A DNA stretch of 64,000 nt from Candidatus Hodarchaeota archaeon (GCA_016839785.1 JAEOTQ010000177.1:46132-110131); one strand, 5' to 3'. Numbered from the stretch's first letter, positions 19,356-29,133 are shown. A program made the numbers and translations. Notes: generated from the sequence alone by a model not told the origin.

Positions 19356-19778
19356 TTACATAAGTATTTTCAAATTATTAGTGAGTTTTTCAGCCAATAG
19401 ATTAGCACTACCGTTAGGGTCAGTAATTACAAGAGTAATTACCTTTTCTGCGATTGAAATCGCAATATCCCGTGATTCACCCTGAACATGAATTAATCGG
19501 ACTGTTTCTTGGCTTAGGGTGGATAATGTGCGGTCTCCTAACGATGTACTTGCACCGACAAGTGCGGCATACCGATTGGTTATACTCGCATCGGTAATCT
19601 CCTCTATCCCAGATCCTTCCCGAGAAAGAAGTATGATTGGTAGTCCTTCGGGGGAGGTGAGGGAAATCATCAGAACTTGCGAATTCTGTTCGAAAACTTC
19701 ATTCAGAACTGGACGGAACCCTTCAGATGAATTGTACAATACAAGACCTCGAACTTCTCTTCGAGAACCTAAATACAC
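19356..19778 (-). CDS. Roadblock/LC7 (MglB/LAMTOR-like) domain protein
   Basis: ISLTSPEGLPI...YAALVGASTSLGDRTLSTL...LIHVQGE...LVIT. Confidence 0.85.
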   Translation of the reverse strand: MYLGSRREVRGLVLYNSSEGFRPVLNEVFEQNSQVLMISLTSPEGLPIILLSREGSGIEEITDASITNRYAALVGASTSLGDRTLSTLSQETVRLIHVQGESRDIAISIAEKVITLVITDPNGSANLLAEKLTNNLKILM

Positions 19779-19886
19779 ATGTTATTAAAATATTCTGACC
19801 CATGAATATTTGATAACACCGAAATGAAATTACAAAGTTCATCTGATTAGCTTCAAAAAAAAAGGAAATTCAAATGGTGTAATTAT

Positions 19887-20939
19887 TTGTCTTCACTTAT
19901 TACTAGCTTCTGGCAGGATCGAGGTTTAAAATTTAAACTATTAGCGGTGATGTTCGTTGTCACTGCCATTCCCTTAACTTTACTTATGACTGTTTATAGT
20001 TTTTCAATCAATAATGTTATTGATACTATAAAAACTGAATTTAGCGGAAATGCAGCCATAGGTGAATTCGTAGAAGCCGAATTTGTTGACATGATGTGGA
20101 CTTCGGGTCTCGTCTATATAACTGGTTTATTTGGAGGTTTAGCAATAGTTTTTCTATATAGTCGATCTTTAACAAAGCCTATCTTAGATCTAGCTGAGTC
20201 AGCGGATGAAATAGCTAACAGAGATCTCTCATTGGATAAATATTCAAGCTTAGAGAACCCACGTGGAGATGAAATTGGAAAAGTACAACATTCATTCCTT
20301 TTGGCAATCAAGAACCTTCGTAATATAATTTCTACAAATCAAGGATCAGCAACAAATCTCGCTGCATCTACGCAAGAAATTGCTGCTACTGCGGAAGAGG
20401 TGAGTGCTTTAACCGAGGAAATTGCGGCAACGATTCAAGCGATTTCTGTTGGTGCTTCAAAACAAAGTGAACTAGTCTCTAACGGTTTAAAAAACCTCGA
20501 TGATATGGCTAAAGTTGTAGATTCCGCATTAATGAATATAAATAAAACGCTAGAGGTCATCGAGGAAATTGCTAACCAAACAAACTTACTGGCCATTAAT
20601 GCGGCAATTGAAGCAGCACGAGCTGGGGAATTTGGGAAAGGATTTGATGTTGTAGCGGACAATGTAAGACGATTATCCGAAGAAACACGAGTAAATGCAG
20701 TCGAAATTTCCCAAATAACGCTTGAAATCACTTCTCAAATCAGAATCTCAACTGCAAGTCTTCGTGACCATCTTCAGGAACTTGCTGTCCAAGCTGAAGA
20801 GTATAGCGCATCAAGTGAGGAAGTGGCCGCGAGTACTGAAGAACAGTCCAGTGCAGTAAGTCAGTTGACATCTTCCTTACAAGAACTCACAAATTTGAGC
20901 ACACAAATGACAGAATCCATCGATCAATTCAATCTTTGA
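19887..20939 (+). CDS. Methyl-accepting chemotaxis protein (2 TM, HAMP, signalling domain)
   Basis: [12 protein letters not shown]...DEIG; hairpin [38 protein letters not shown]; EE methylation pairs. Confidence 0.93.
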   Translation: MSSLITSFWQDRGLKFKLLAVMFVVTAIPLTLLMTVYSFSINNVIDTIKTEFSGNAAIGEFVEAEFVDMMWTSGLVYITGLFGGLAIVFLYSRSLTKPILDLAESADEIANRDLSLDKYSSLENPRGDEIGKVQHSFLLAIKNLRNIISTNQGSATNLAASTQEIAATAEEVSALTEEIAATIQAISVGASKQSELVSNGLKNLDDMAKVVDSALMNINKTLEVIEEIANQTNLLAINAAIEAARAGEFGKGFDVVADNVRRLSEETRVNAVEISQITLEITSQIRISTASLRDHLQELAVQAEEYSASSEEVAASTEEQSSAVSQLTSSLQELTNLSTQMTESIDQFNL

Positions 20940-20954
20940 TTTTTCTCAAGAAAT

Positions 20955-21497
20955 CTACTCAGTGTGTGTGAAATGCCATAAAGTATAGGTATTCCCTGAT
21001 CCTGAATGAATCGCGGATTCCTTACTAATTTGCTGAGTATCAACCAACGATTCAAGAACATTGACAAGGACATCACTATCAATTTCCAATCCTTTTGCAT
21101 TTAAAGACTGGAGAATTCTTGTTTTAGAAAGTTTTTGATTGTTGAATTGAGATATTAACATCTTTTCAATTTCCTCTAATGAAATAGATTTACTTTCATT
21201 CTGTGAAGATTTTATATTATTTTTATAGACTTGGTTCAGATTTCGCCCTTCTATTAAATAGGAGGAAAGGTAATTTGCTAATATCGCAGCCGTTCCATCA
21301 CAGGGAATCCTTAACGCCTTACCATACGATATTTGGTCTTCTTCATTTTTCCGAGCTTCTTGAATTTCGATTGTAGCCCGTGTCATTCCCCATTGAGAAT
21401 GGTTCGCAGGGGCCCATAACTTAATATTTATACTTCGTTGTTTAGATATCTGTATTCTTTCAAATTTAACTGGACCAGAAGAGGATTGATTAACCAA
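20955..21497 (-). CDS. Hypothetical nucleic-acid-binding protein (beta-rich N-terminal domain, C-terminal winged helix)
   Basis: C-terminal LSKTRILQSLNAKGLEIDSDVLVNVLESLVDTQQI...YTLW fits a wHTH pattern. Confidence 0.55.
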   Translation of the reverse strand: MVNQSSSGPVKFERIQISKQRSINIKLWAPANHSQWGMTRATIEIQEARKNEEDQISYGKALRIPCDGTAAILANYLSSYLIEGRNLNQVYKNNIKSSQNESKSISLEEIEKMLISQFNNQKLSKTRILQSLNAKGLEIDSDVLVNVLESLVDTQQISKESAIHSGSGNTYTLWHFTHTE

Positions 21498-21771
21498 GAG
21501 ACTTCACCAATTTTACTAATAGTTTGTCTGCATAAAAGAGTTATTAAGGGTGATTTTGAAAATAAAGAACTTCTATTCATCATATAAAACCGAATTTCAA
21601 GAAGTCTTTTCAAAATAAGACAAATTTTCAATTGAGAAAAGAAATAAGACGAATACCGACACAGCAATCTTATAAAACTCATGAATATTAGAGTTGGTGT
21701 GCAAGCATCATCAGTTTTTAATAATCATAATTCACTCCAATTCAAAGACATGACGTGAGGGTATTTAGGAC

Positions 21772-24700
21772 ATGAGAGACTTTTCTGAGGATAATCACTC
21801 GAATGCAGATTATTTGAAGAAGAGGTTACACCAAGGTCGACTGTTGATTCAATCGATAAAAACTCGCAAGTTACGGTCTGAACTAAAGTCAATCAAATCT
21901 CATACACGAACTAATATTCGCTCACAAACTCAAAAACTTACTAAATTTTCATGGCAAAGGAGTACCAGACAAAGAGGAGCAGGAATCATGCTCTCCTGGG
22001 GATTAGCCAGACGAAATGTCACTAGATCGAAATATCGTTCTTTTTTGTTGATTTTTGGTATTATGCTAACGGTTGCTCTTGAAACAGGTATTGTAATATC
22101 TGTTGATACGCTCTATGATGATTTTGTTTTTGACCATCGAAATCAAAACTACACCGATATTACAGTCCATCCTATTAATTGGCAGAATCTCGCGAATATG
22201 ACGCAAATGGCACAGAAAGTTGCAAAAACCCCAGGGGTGGTAAGAGCCAGTCCAGTATACTATACAAACATAGATAATCTATTTGGTCAAGCAGTCAAGA
22301 AGAGTAACATACTGATTTATGGAATTGACTCAAAAACACACCCTGATTTTCGACGAATCAATATTACATTAGGTGAACGGAGTTTAAAGAATAATCGGAT
22401 GATTATTTCCGATACATTGTATGATCAAGGTGGGTTAACTATAGGTGAGAGTGTTAATCTTAATGATTTAGGCCCCGAATACAAATCCCAAGAGATTACT
22501 CTCGGCGGAGTAATGGATGATGAACCATTTTTCGGGAATAAAATCGGTTATGCATTCATTCTTCTTGATATAGAGCTTCTATATAATATTGTTTATGAAA
22601 ATCAACTTATTTCTTTGTTATCAAGTGAAATTGATGTAGAAATCAATAGTATAGTAGATATCAAGAAAATTAGTGAAAATATCAAAGATGCTGTAGGGTT
22701 AAATTACTATGTTTTTTCAGAAAAAGATATTTCAGAGATTGAAGCATCAGGAATACGTGCCTATCAAACTGCAATGAATTTAGTTATCATGGCGTCATTC
22801 GTTGTGGAATTTTTGTTTATTACGAATGTTCTCGCAATTTCAATTCGTGATAGATCAAAAGAATTCGGTATCATAAGAGCTATTGGGGGGAAAGCATACC
22901 AATTGATTGAATCTGTTGCATATGAAATCCTCATTTATTCCGCTATTGGCTGTACTATAGGAGTAGGAGTTGGAATTGCCCTTTCTTCTGTGTTAACAGG
23001 TGTAATGGATGATTATTATGTGGGTCTTGAGTTTCAACAGCTTTCTATTCATACTACCTCACTTATTGTGACATATCTCTCAGGAGCCCTTGTTGCATTA
23101 ATTTCGGGTCTTTATCCCATCTTTTTAGCTATTTCCATGCCTGTAGTTCAAAATATTCATTCAAGGATGAGATCTGGATCATCTTTTGATACTTTAACTA
23201 ATTCTTGGAAATATACCGTAGGGACTGGATTTCTTCTAGCCCTTGTTGGTTTTATTCTGCAATATTATGTAGGCCCTTCGCGCTTTCTTGATTTTGAAAT
23301 ATTATCTCTCCATTTTGTTGCAGTTCTTATGATTTTTATTGGAACTGTATTTCTAGAAATAGGAATCCTTGTGTTTCTACCAAAAATTGCCATGAAATTA
23401 TTAATTGGATTCAGTTTCATTACTCGTACGATTTCCACGAGAAATATTGCACGTGAATTTCAAAAATCGCTTTTTACAATAATGACGTCTGCTATGGCAT
23501 TAACTTTCATAATTGTTGTCGGATTGATTAGTGCTGCTGTTATATCTGGTGTACCTGCATATTATGAAAATCAATGGGGAGCAATTGATCTTGTAGCGGA
23601 GACAAGAGATGCTGAACTCCTTCCTACAAGTACCACAAACCGAATAGATGGTATGAGTGGAGTTGTTCGGAGTTCATTCATACAAGAAGTGAGAACTGAG
23701 GTTGATAACACATCTAGTTATGTTTATGGTGTCGATCCCTTCAAGTATGTTTATTTTAGCGAACCACCTGTTGATAGTTTATCATCCTTCCAACCGTATG
23801 AACTACTTAGTCAATCAAATGTTAACAGGACGAATGGTGTAATTTCTCATATCCTATATCAAAAACTTCGAGTTCCGCTAGGATCTAATATTTCTTTAAA
23901 GATCGCAACTAATTCAACCGTAAATAATTCAATTGTAAAGAATTCAACCGTAGGTAATTCAACCGTAAAAATTAGAACAGTAAATGTAACTCTGACCGCA
24001 GTAGTTAAAGCCAATATATTCTTGGGGAATGGGGAGTATTTATATATTCCCAGTGCACAATTTCGTGAATTTTTCAACTCGACTGTTGCAAAGTGGTTTC
24101 TATGTGATGTGGAGGAGGATGAGGTTCAAAGAGTAAAGAGGAATCTAGAGTTTAATTTTCCAGAATTTAAAGAAGATGGCGTAGTTTCCATTACTTTTTT
24201 CACAGATATGATGAGAGAGAGTTTGATCTTTCAGTCAGCGATTTTCCAAGTCTTATTTTTTGAATCATTTATTTTAGCTGCCATTGCTCAATTTGTTTGC
24301 ATTTTAGTATCAACTTTGCGAATGGAGCGTGAAATTGGAATAATGCGAAGCTTGGGATTGAATCGGAGAGGAGTTTTCGGAATATTTATGACAGAATCAA
24401 TTGCATTAGGCATTTCAGCATTATTTGTTGGATTGTTTGATGGAATACTCGGTGCTGTACTGCTTGCGGATTATATCTCTGCATCGATTCCAATTTTTGT
24501 CTCGTTCCCTGCCACAAGTTTAATCATCTGGATGAGTATTTCCTTTCTAATAACAATTCTTAGTACCCTTCTCCCTTCATATCGATCAAGTCGTAAAAAT
24601 ATTGTCGCAACGATCTCTGGGCGTCCTATGGTAAAGGGATATGTCGATAAAGATCCATACCGTTTAAGATCGGAATTAAGAGCGGTTGAAAGCCCATGGC

Positions 24701-25995
24701 TTACCTCATATGGTTCTTCAAATCCAACTAATCCCTTTATGCATTATTCAGATGACCCTCTATCAGAATCCAGTCGAGTACGGAGAAGACAAAATCAAGT
24801 ATCGTCTGCAATATCTCAAAGTAGTATCCTTCGGTTTATTCGGAATAATATTCTACCAGTTCAGACGATATTTTTGTTATTAATGGCAATAATTACGTTC
24901 AATTATATTCTTGATGAAAACATAATAATGCGAGGATTAAATATTTTTGACACCTTTATTAGATTTACCATGTCCTTAACAGAATATATTGATCCTCAGT
25001 ATCAAGTTACATTCCTTAACATTAATCCAGTTCTGGTTATTGTTGGACTTGCTGCTATAACCCCCATTGCGCATTATTTAACATACAAACAAGGCCCCGA
25101 ATCTCTCCTTATTTCTGTTCTTGGAAGTATATTCTGGGCTTTCCTAGGGATAATAGTTATTATTTTTTCAATGTTAGTAACGGCTTCCCTTGTAATGATA
25201 ATTCTAATACCAGTTCAGGAGAGAATTGGAGATTTTTCGACTCCAAATACGGTAGTGCTACTCGAATTTTCTAAACTTGGCTCATTACTTCTAGTTGGTG
25301 TCATTTTCTTTTATCTCTTTCAAAAATTTTGGTGTTTTATGACTATCCGTGGGATAGAACCAGAATTATCATACAGAGGACATCTTACTCTTGTTAAAAC
25401 ATATGGTTCAAGGGGAAATATGGGATTCATATTTTTGCTTTTAGGTCATATCTTACTCCAAACTGTCTTATACTCAATTGCTGGCCCATTTTCATTGTCC
25501 GATCCGATATATCCCGATCTATCCACAACCCCTCCGATTGGACCAATTGAATTCTTAATTTATTCTATTTATGAAGTTGGATATTACCTCTTACTAATCA
25601 TATATACCATTGTACATTTTGGAAAATCGGTTAATTTAGCAAGGAGTGGTTCAGTCCAATATAAACCTGTTAAAGTGCAAATCCCTGCAGAAACTATTGT
25701 TAAAAGTCAAGAACTGGCAAATAAAATTCTAGTTGACAATGTAAAAGGCATTTCTCTAAACAAAAAAGGTATTCAACTATTTAGTGAGGTGATCAATGGC
25801 CAGAAACTTCTTTTTTTCCAAGAAAACGATAGTAAAATACCAGTAGCAATGAACTATGCACTCCATTTTCCAAAAGAGTACGTACCATTATCCGAAGAAC
25901 ATCCTACTCAAATAAAAGTACCAAATGCTGAACAAATCGAGCGGTTCGTACATCTAATGCAAGATTTCGAATTTAGAGAAGATGTAACTTCATAA
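21772..25995 (+). CDS. Large FtsX/MacB-like ABC permease with extra C-terminal membrane and soluble module
   Basis: LARRNVTRSKYRS, RDRSKEFGIIRAIG, REIGIMRSLG. Probable start ATG at 21988, preceded by GAGGAGCAGGA. Confidence 0.88.
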   Translation: MRDFSEDNHSNADYLKKRLHQGRLLIQSIKTRKLRSELKSIKSHTRTNIRSQTQKLTKFSWQRSTRQRGAGIMLSWGLARRNVTRSKYRSFLLIFGIMLTVALETGIVISVDTLYDDFVFDHRNQNYTDITVHPINWQNLANMTQMAQKVAKTPGVVRASPVYYTNIDNLFGQAVKKSNILIYGIDSKTHPDFRRINITLGERSLKNNRMIISDTLYDQGGLTIGESVNLNDLGPEYKSQEITLGGVMDDEPFFGNKIGYAFILLDIELLYNIVYENQLISLLSSEIDVEINSIVDIKKISENIKDAVGLNYYVFSEKDISEIEASGIRAYQTAMNLVIMASFVVEFLFITNVLAISIRDRSKEFGIIRAIGGKAYQLIESVAYEILIYSAIGCTIGVGVGIALSSVLTGVMDDYYVGLEFQQLSIHTTSLIVTYLSGALVALISGLYPIFLAISMPVVQNIHSRMRSGSSFDTLTNSWKYTVGTGFLLALVGFILQYYVGPSRFLDFEILSLHFVAVLMIFIGTVFLEIGILVFLPKIAMKLLIGFSFITRTISTRNIAREFQKSLFTIMTSAMALTFIIVVGLISAAVISGVPAYYENQWGAIDLVAETRDAELLPTSTTNRIDGMSGVVRSSFIQEVRTEVDNTSSYVYGVDPFKYVYFSEPPVDSLSSFQPYELLSQSNVNRTNGVISHILYQKLRVPLGSNISLKIATNSTVNNSIVKNSTVGNSTVKIRTVNVTLTAVVKANIFLGNGEYLYIPSAQFREFFNSTVAKWFLCDVEEDEVQRVKRNLEFNFPEFKEDGVVSITFFTDMMRESLIFQSAIFQVLFFESFILAAIAQFVCILVSTLRMEREIGIMRSLGLNRRGVFGIFMTESIALGISALFVGLFDGILGAVLLADYISASIPIFVSFPATSLIIWMSISFLITILSTLLPSYRSSRKNIVATISGRPMVKGYVDKDPYRLRSELRAVESPWLTSYGSSNPTNPFMHYSDDPLSESSRVRRRQNQVSSAISQSSILRFIRNNILPVQTIFLLLMAIITFNYILDENIIMRGLNIFDTFIRFTMSLTEYIDPQYQVTFLNINPVLVIVGLAAITPIAHYLTYKQGPESLLISVLGSIFWAFLGIIVIIFSMLVTASLVMIILIPVQERIGDFSTPNTVVLLEFSKLGSLLLVGVIFFYLFQKFWCFMTIRGIEPELSYRGHLTLVKTYGSRGNMGFIFLLLGHILLQTVLYSIAGPFSLSDPIYPDLSTTPPIGPIEFLIYSIYEVGYYLLLIIYTIVHFGKSVNLARSGSVQYKPVKVQIPAETIVKSQELANKILVDNVKGISLNKKGIQLFSEVINGQKLLFFQENDSKIPVAMNYALHFPKEYVPLSEEHPTQIKVPNAEQIERFVHLMQDFEFREDVTS
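23911..23970 (+). repeat. Four in-frame tandem 15-bp repeats (consensus AATTCAACCGTANNN)
   Basis: aattcaaccgtaaat / aattcaattgtaaag / aattcaaccgtaggt / aattcaaccgtaaaa, encoding NSTVN-NSIVK-NSTVG-NSTVK. Confidence 0.9.
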
Positions 25996-26320
25996 TTATA
26001 CCTGAATGATGAAATTCTCATATTAAGTATTCAGACAAGTATGTTTTTTAGAATCAATCTACTTTATCTGCATTAAACGTGTAAATTAATACAAAAATCT
26101 CTTGAATTCTTTAGTAAATTAGTTGAACCTCATTGGAAAATTTCACAACATTGATAAGAAAAATTTATTAAAATCATACCTCCTTCTGATAGGAGCCACA
26201 CTAATTTGGGGAGGAAGCTGGCCCCTTGGCAGGTGGTTGGTGTCTGAGGAAGTGGGAGGAGAAACGATTCCCCAATCAATGATTGCTATTGTGAGGTATT
26301 TTATCGTAATTTGGGCATTT
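25849..26320 (+). repeat. Diverged direct repeat, left copy (permease 3' end, spacer, DMT 5' end)
   Basis: Aligns by eye with 30219-30670; shared blocks include ccaaatgctga, acaaaaatctcttgaa, aaatcatacctccttctgat, ctaatttggggaggaagctggcccct. Confidence 0.9.
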
Positions 26321-26341
26321 ATCTTGGTATTTTCTTTGTAA
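26123..26341 (+). pseudogene. Truncated 5' copy of the EamA/DMT transporter gene
   Basis: KSYLLLIGATLIWGGSWPLGRWLVSEEVGGETIP matches the 30483 gene; stops after about 2 TM; 1-nt deletion relative to the homologous TTG start (38 vs 39 nt to AAATCA). Confidence 0.85.
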
Positions 26342-26458
26342 GAGTTAATAAAAAACACAAAATCATTAGGAAGCGATTTTTCCAAAAGGTTAGATAATTC
26401 AGAGATTGTATATATACCTAAAGAAATCACACATTTGAAATTAAGTAAATTTCTCTAG

Positions 26459-27130
26459 GTGACTAATTTGGTAATTGAGAGGCTTTACGAAGCGTTGAAG
26501 AAATCTGTAGAAGAATATAAACCCGAAAAGGCTAAGAAGATTACTAAAGAACTCTTAGAAGCCCAGGTTGACCCCTTAAAAGTGTTAGATGAAGTACTGA
26601 ATCCAACAATGGAAGAAATAGGGGAGAAATTTGATAATATGGACATATTTTTACCTGATCTTATGGGTGCTGCTGAAGCAATGCAAGCGGCTACCTCCAT
26701 CTTAACAGAACAGATTAAGAAAAGTTCCACTAAACCCACTGAATCGAAAGGGAAAGTTGTACTAGGAACAGTACTTGGAGATATTCATGAAATCGGGAAA
26801 AATATTGTTAAAATTATGCTAGAAACCTCAGGATTTGAAATATTTGATTTAGGAAAAGATGTTCCTTCTCTTAAGTTCATTGAAAAAGCTGAAGAAGTTA
26901 ATGCAGATGTGATAGCTTTATCAGCACTTATGACAACTACAATGCATTCTCAGAGAGAAGTTATTGAACTATTAGAAGCGTTAGGAAAGCGTGATAATTA
27001 TATAGTTCTTGTTGGTGGTAATCCAACTAGTGAAAATTGGAAAAAAGAGATAGGAGCTGATGGATGGGCTGAAACTGCAGTCGAAGCTACAAAGCTCATA
27101 ACGAAAATGATTAGCGAGAAGGTGAGATAG
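26459..27130 (+). CDS. Corrinoid (B12)-binding methyl-acceptor protein, MtmC/MtbC/MttC family
   Basis: Cap domain IFLPDLMGAAEAM; base-off/His-on GDIHEIGKNIV; SALMTTT; VGG. Confidence 0.95.
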   Translation: MTNLVIERLYEALKKSVEEYKPEKAKKITKELLEAQVDPLKVLDEVLNPTMEEIGEKFDNMDIFLPDLMGAAEAMQAATSILTEQIKKSSTKPTESKGKVVLGTVLGDIHEIGKNIVKIMLETSGFEIFDLGKDVPSLKFIEKAEEVNADVIALSALMTTTMHSQREVIELLEALGKRDNYIVLVGGNPTSENWKKEIGADGWAETAVEATKLITKMISEKVR

Positions 27131-28516
27131 ATGGGCACTCCTCCTTGGCGTATCAATGAAGTACTAGATAGAGCACAAAATGGACCAATCTGCTTAGAAA
27201 AGGATTTTGATTCTAACCTCTTTGTACCCGAACTTAAGAGAGTAATTAAGGAGTATGATATTTGTTTTGATAAATTGACACCCGTACCTTCTGATGATAC
27301 TCTAGCAGATAGTATTTGGAAAGCCGCTATGGATTTTTACCTCACGGTGGGAACTCTTTGCACTGATACTTATCGTAGAATTGTTTTTACAGAAAATGAA
27401 ATAAAGGAAGCTCTAGGAAATTTTCCTGGAAGGTTCACATTGGGCTTTGGACGTGATTCAAGAGAAATTACTGGTAGACAAATCGAAGATAAACGAAGAC
27501 CTTTCTGTCTCTTTTCACCTGACATCACATGTGACGAAGATCTTTTTGTTCCCATGAGTATGGCATATTTACAGGAACCTCTAGCTGATGGTGTTTGTGC
27601 TCCAATTCTTGATGAAATTGAGGGTATGTCAATTCGATCTGGTTCTCCATCCGAAATAAAGGGATCAGTCGCGCATGCCATGATGTTTAGAGAGGCTGCA
27701 AGACGAGTTGGTCGTCCTGGAATTTTTCTTAAGAGTGTAGGAACCGCAGAGTCTGACGCAGCTCAAATCGCAGCCAGCAATCCTGAATGGGGAGAAAGAT
27801 TAACTGATGGACGATTTGTGGCTAGTGTAACAGAACTGAAAGTGGATAATTCACTCTTGAACAAAATGGTACATTTTCATACATATGGTTGTTTTGTAGG
27901 AGCACTTACGGGTCCTATTTTTGGAGGATTTGCTGGGGGCCCTGAAGGTACTGCTATTGTTGGCCTTGCTTATCATTTACAAGGATTACTTGTGAATCAA
28001 GCACATTTCTTAAATTATTTTCCGTTTCACTTGAAACACACTTGTAATACAATGCGTGAGCTTCTTTGGGTAATCTCTATCACCTATCAAGCCTTATCTC
28101 GGAACAGTAATTTAATCTCTCTGTCTAATGGATTTACTGCAGCTGGACCATGTACCCCCATGGTCTTAAGAGAGGCCGCAACTCACTCACTTGTAAGTGT
28201 TGTTTCCGGTTCTAATCTTTGGGAAATAGCTGTCGCTAAGAATAGGAATAAGAACTTCGCCACACCCATGGAAGCTAGGATTGCCTGTGAAGTCGGTTGT
28301 GGAGCAGCAAAAGAAAGGATTTCAAGAAGTGATGCGAATGAGATTGCGCTAGCTCTTCTTAAAACTTATGAAGAAGATATCGAGAACGCACCACTAGGGA
28401 AGAGCTTTCGTGATTGCTATAATATACGAAAGATTAAACCTTCAGTAGAATATATGGATCTCTTCAATAGAATGAAAAAAGAACTAAAGGACAATGGTGT
28501 TCCATTCGTATATTAA
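27131..28516 (+). CDS. mtmB: Monomethylamine:corrinoid methyltransferase (MtmB) family protein, pyrrolysine-free
   Basis: End-to-end similarity to MtmB: CTDTYRRIVFTENEI, GRPG, ELKVD, PIFGGFAGG, AGPCTPM, MEARIACEV, APLGKSFRDCY; no internal TAG. Confidence 0.9.
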   Translation: MGTPPWRINEVLDRAQNGPICLEKDFDSNLFVPELKRVIKEYDICFDKLTPVPSDDTLADSIWKAAMDFYLTVGTLCTDTYRRIVFTENEIKEALGNFPGRFTLGFGRDSREITGRQIEDKRRPFCLFSPDITCDEDLFVPMSMAYLQEPLADGVCAPILDEIEGMSIRSGSPSEIKGSVAHAMMFREAARRVGRPGIFLKSVGTAESDAAQIAASNPEWGERLTDGRFVASVTELKVDNSLLNKMVHFHTYGCFVGALTGPIFGGFAGGPEGTAIVGLAYHLQGLLVNQAHFLNYFPFHLKHTCNTMRELLWVISITYQALSRNSNLISLSNGFTAAGPCTPMVLREAATHSLVSVVSGSNLWEIAVAKNRNKNFATPMEARIACEVGCGAAKERISRSDANEIALALLKTYEEDIENAPLGKSFRDCYNIRKIKPSVEYMDLFNRMKKELKDNGVPFVY

Positions 28517-28748
28517 CGTGCTTTCCTAATTCAAATTTGACCATATTCAGGTTCTATCTAGTTACATAAGATAATTACATTAAACCGTTTCACAATGTCT
28601 ACAAAGATCTTCTCATCTTATTTGTGAAATATTTTCAGCAATATTTGTTGCATATGTTACTCAAAGGATCACTCGACAACCTGGATACAAAAGCATTCAG
28701 AAGAAATCTGAATGTCTAATTGAACACACTTCGAAGACGTTCCAAATC

Positions 28749-29133
28749 TTAAAGACGTGGAGGGTTCAATAATCTCATAAAACCAACCAACTTCAGATCA
28801 CTAAATCTTGCTTGTTGAGAATCTTCTGGGTGAATGTCGTGTTTATTAAAATAATCATATACATCGGTAAGGAATTCTTTTACTAATTCACCTTGTATTT
28901 CAATAACATCTCGTTTTATGCTCCTATTTATAGGATGTTTCTTTTTACGTTCTTCTTGGATCTTCCACCCATTATTCAGTCGTTCTATGGTTTCATGTAG
29001 ATCAATTTTTATTGTATCAAGGGAGTATAACTTTGCATACGATAAAAATCGTTGAGAAGCGAATATAATGAATGAGATAACTACAATAATAGTGTCTGCA
29101 ATAACTAGTATTATAATCAGTCTTATAACTGTT
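28749..29133 (-). pseudogene. Open frame without a canonical start, possible 3' gene remnant
   Basis: Stop-free minus frame reading ...YAKLYSLDTIKIDLHETIERLNNGWKIQEERKKKHPINRSIKRDVIEIQGELVKEFLTDVYDYFNKHDIHPEDSQQARFSDLKLVGFMRLLNPPRL*; no 5' ATG/GTG/TTG. Confidence 0.35.

Noticed and set aside
27120-27133. The corrinoid gene's TAG stop directly abuts the in-frame mtmB ATG, suggesting a Pyl read-through MtmC-MtmB fusion.
   Set aside because: A GGTGA ribosome-binding motif sits just upstream of the ATG, TAG is an ordinary stop elsewhere in the window (3164, 11490, 49981) and no pyl genes are present. Translational coupling is the simpler reading; revisit only if pylTSBCD are found in the genome.
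26459-28516. mtmBC as evidence for methanogenesis.
   Set aside because: No mcr, mtr or mtbA genes in the window, and the enzyme lacks Pyl.
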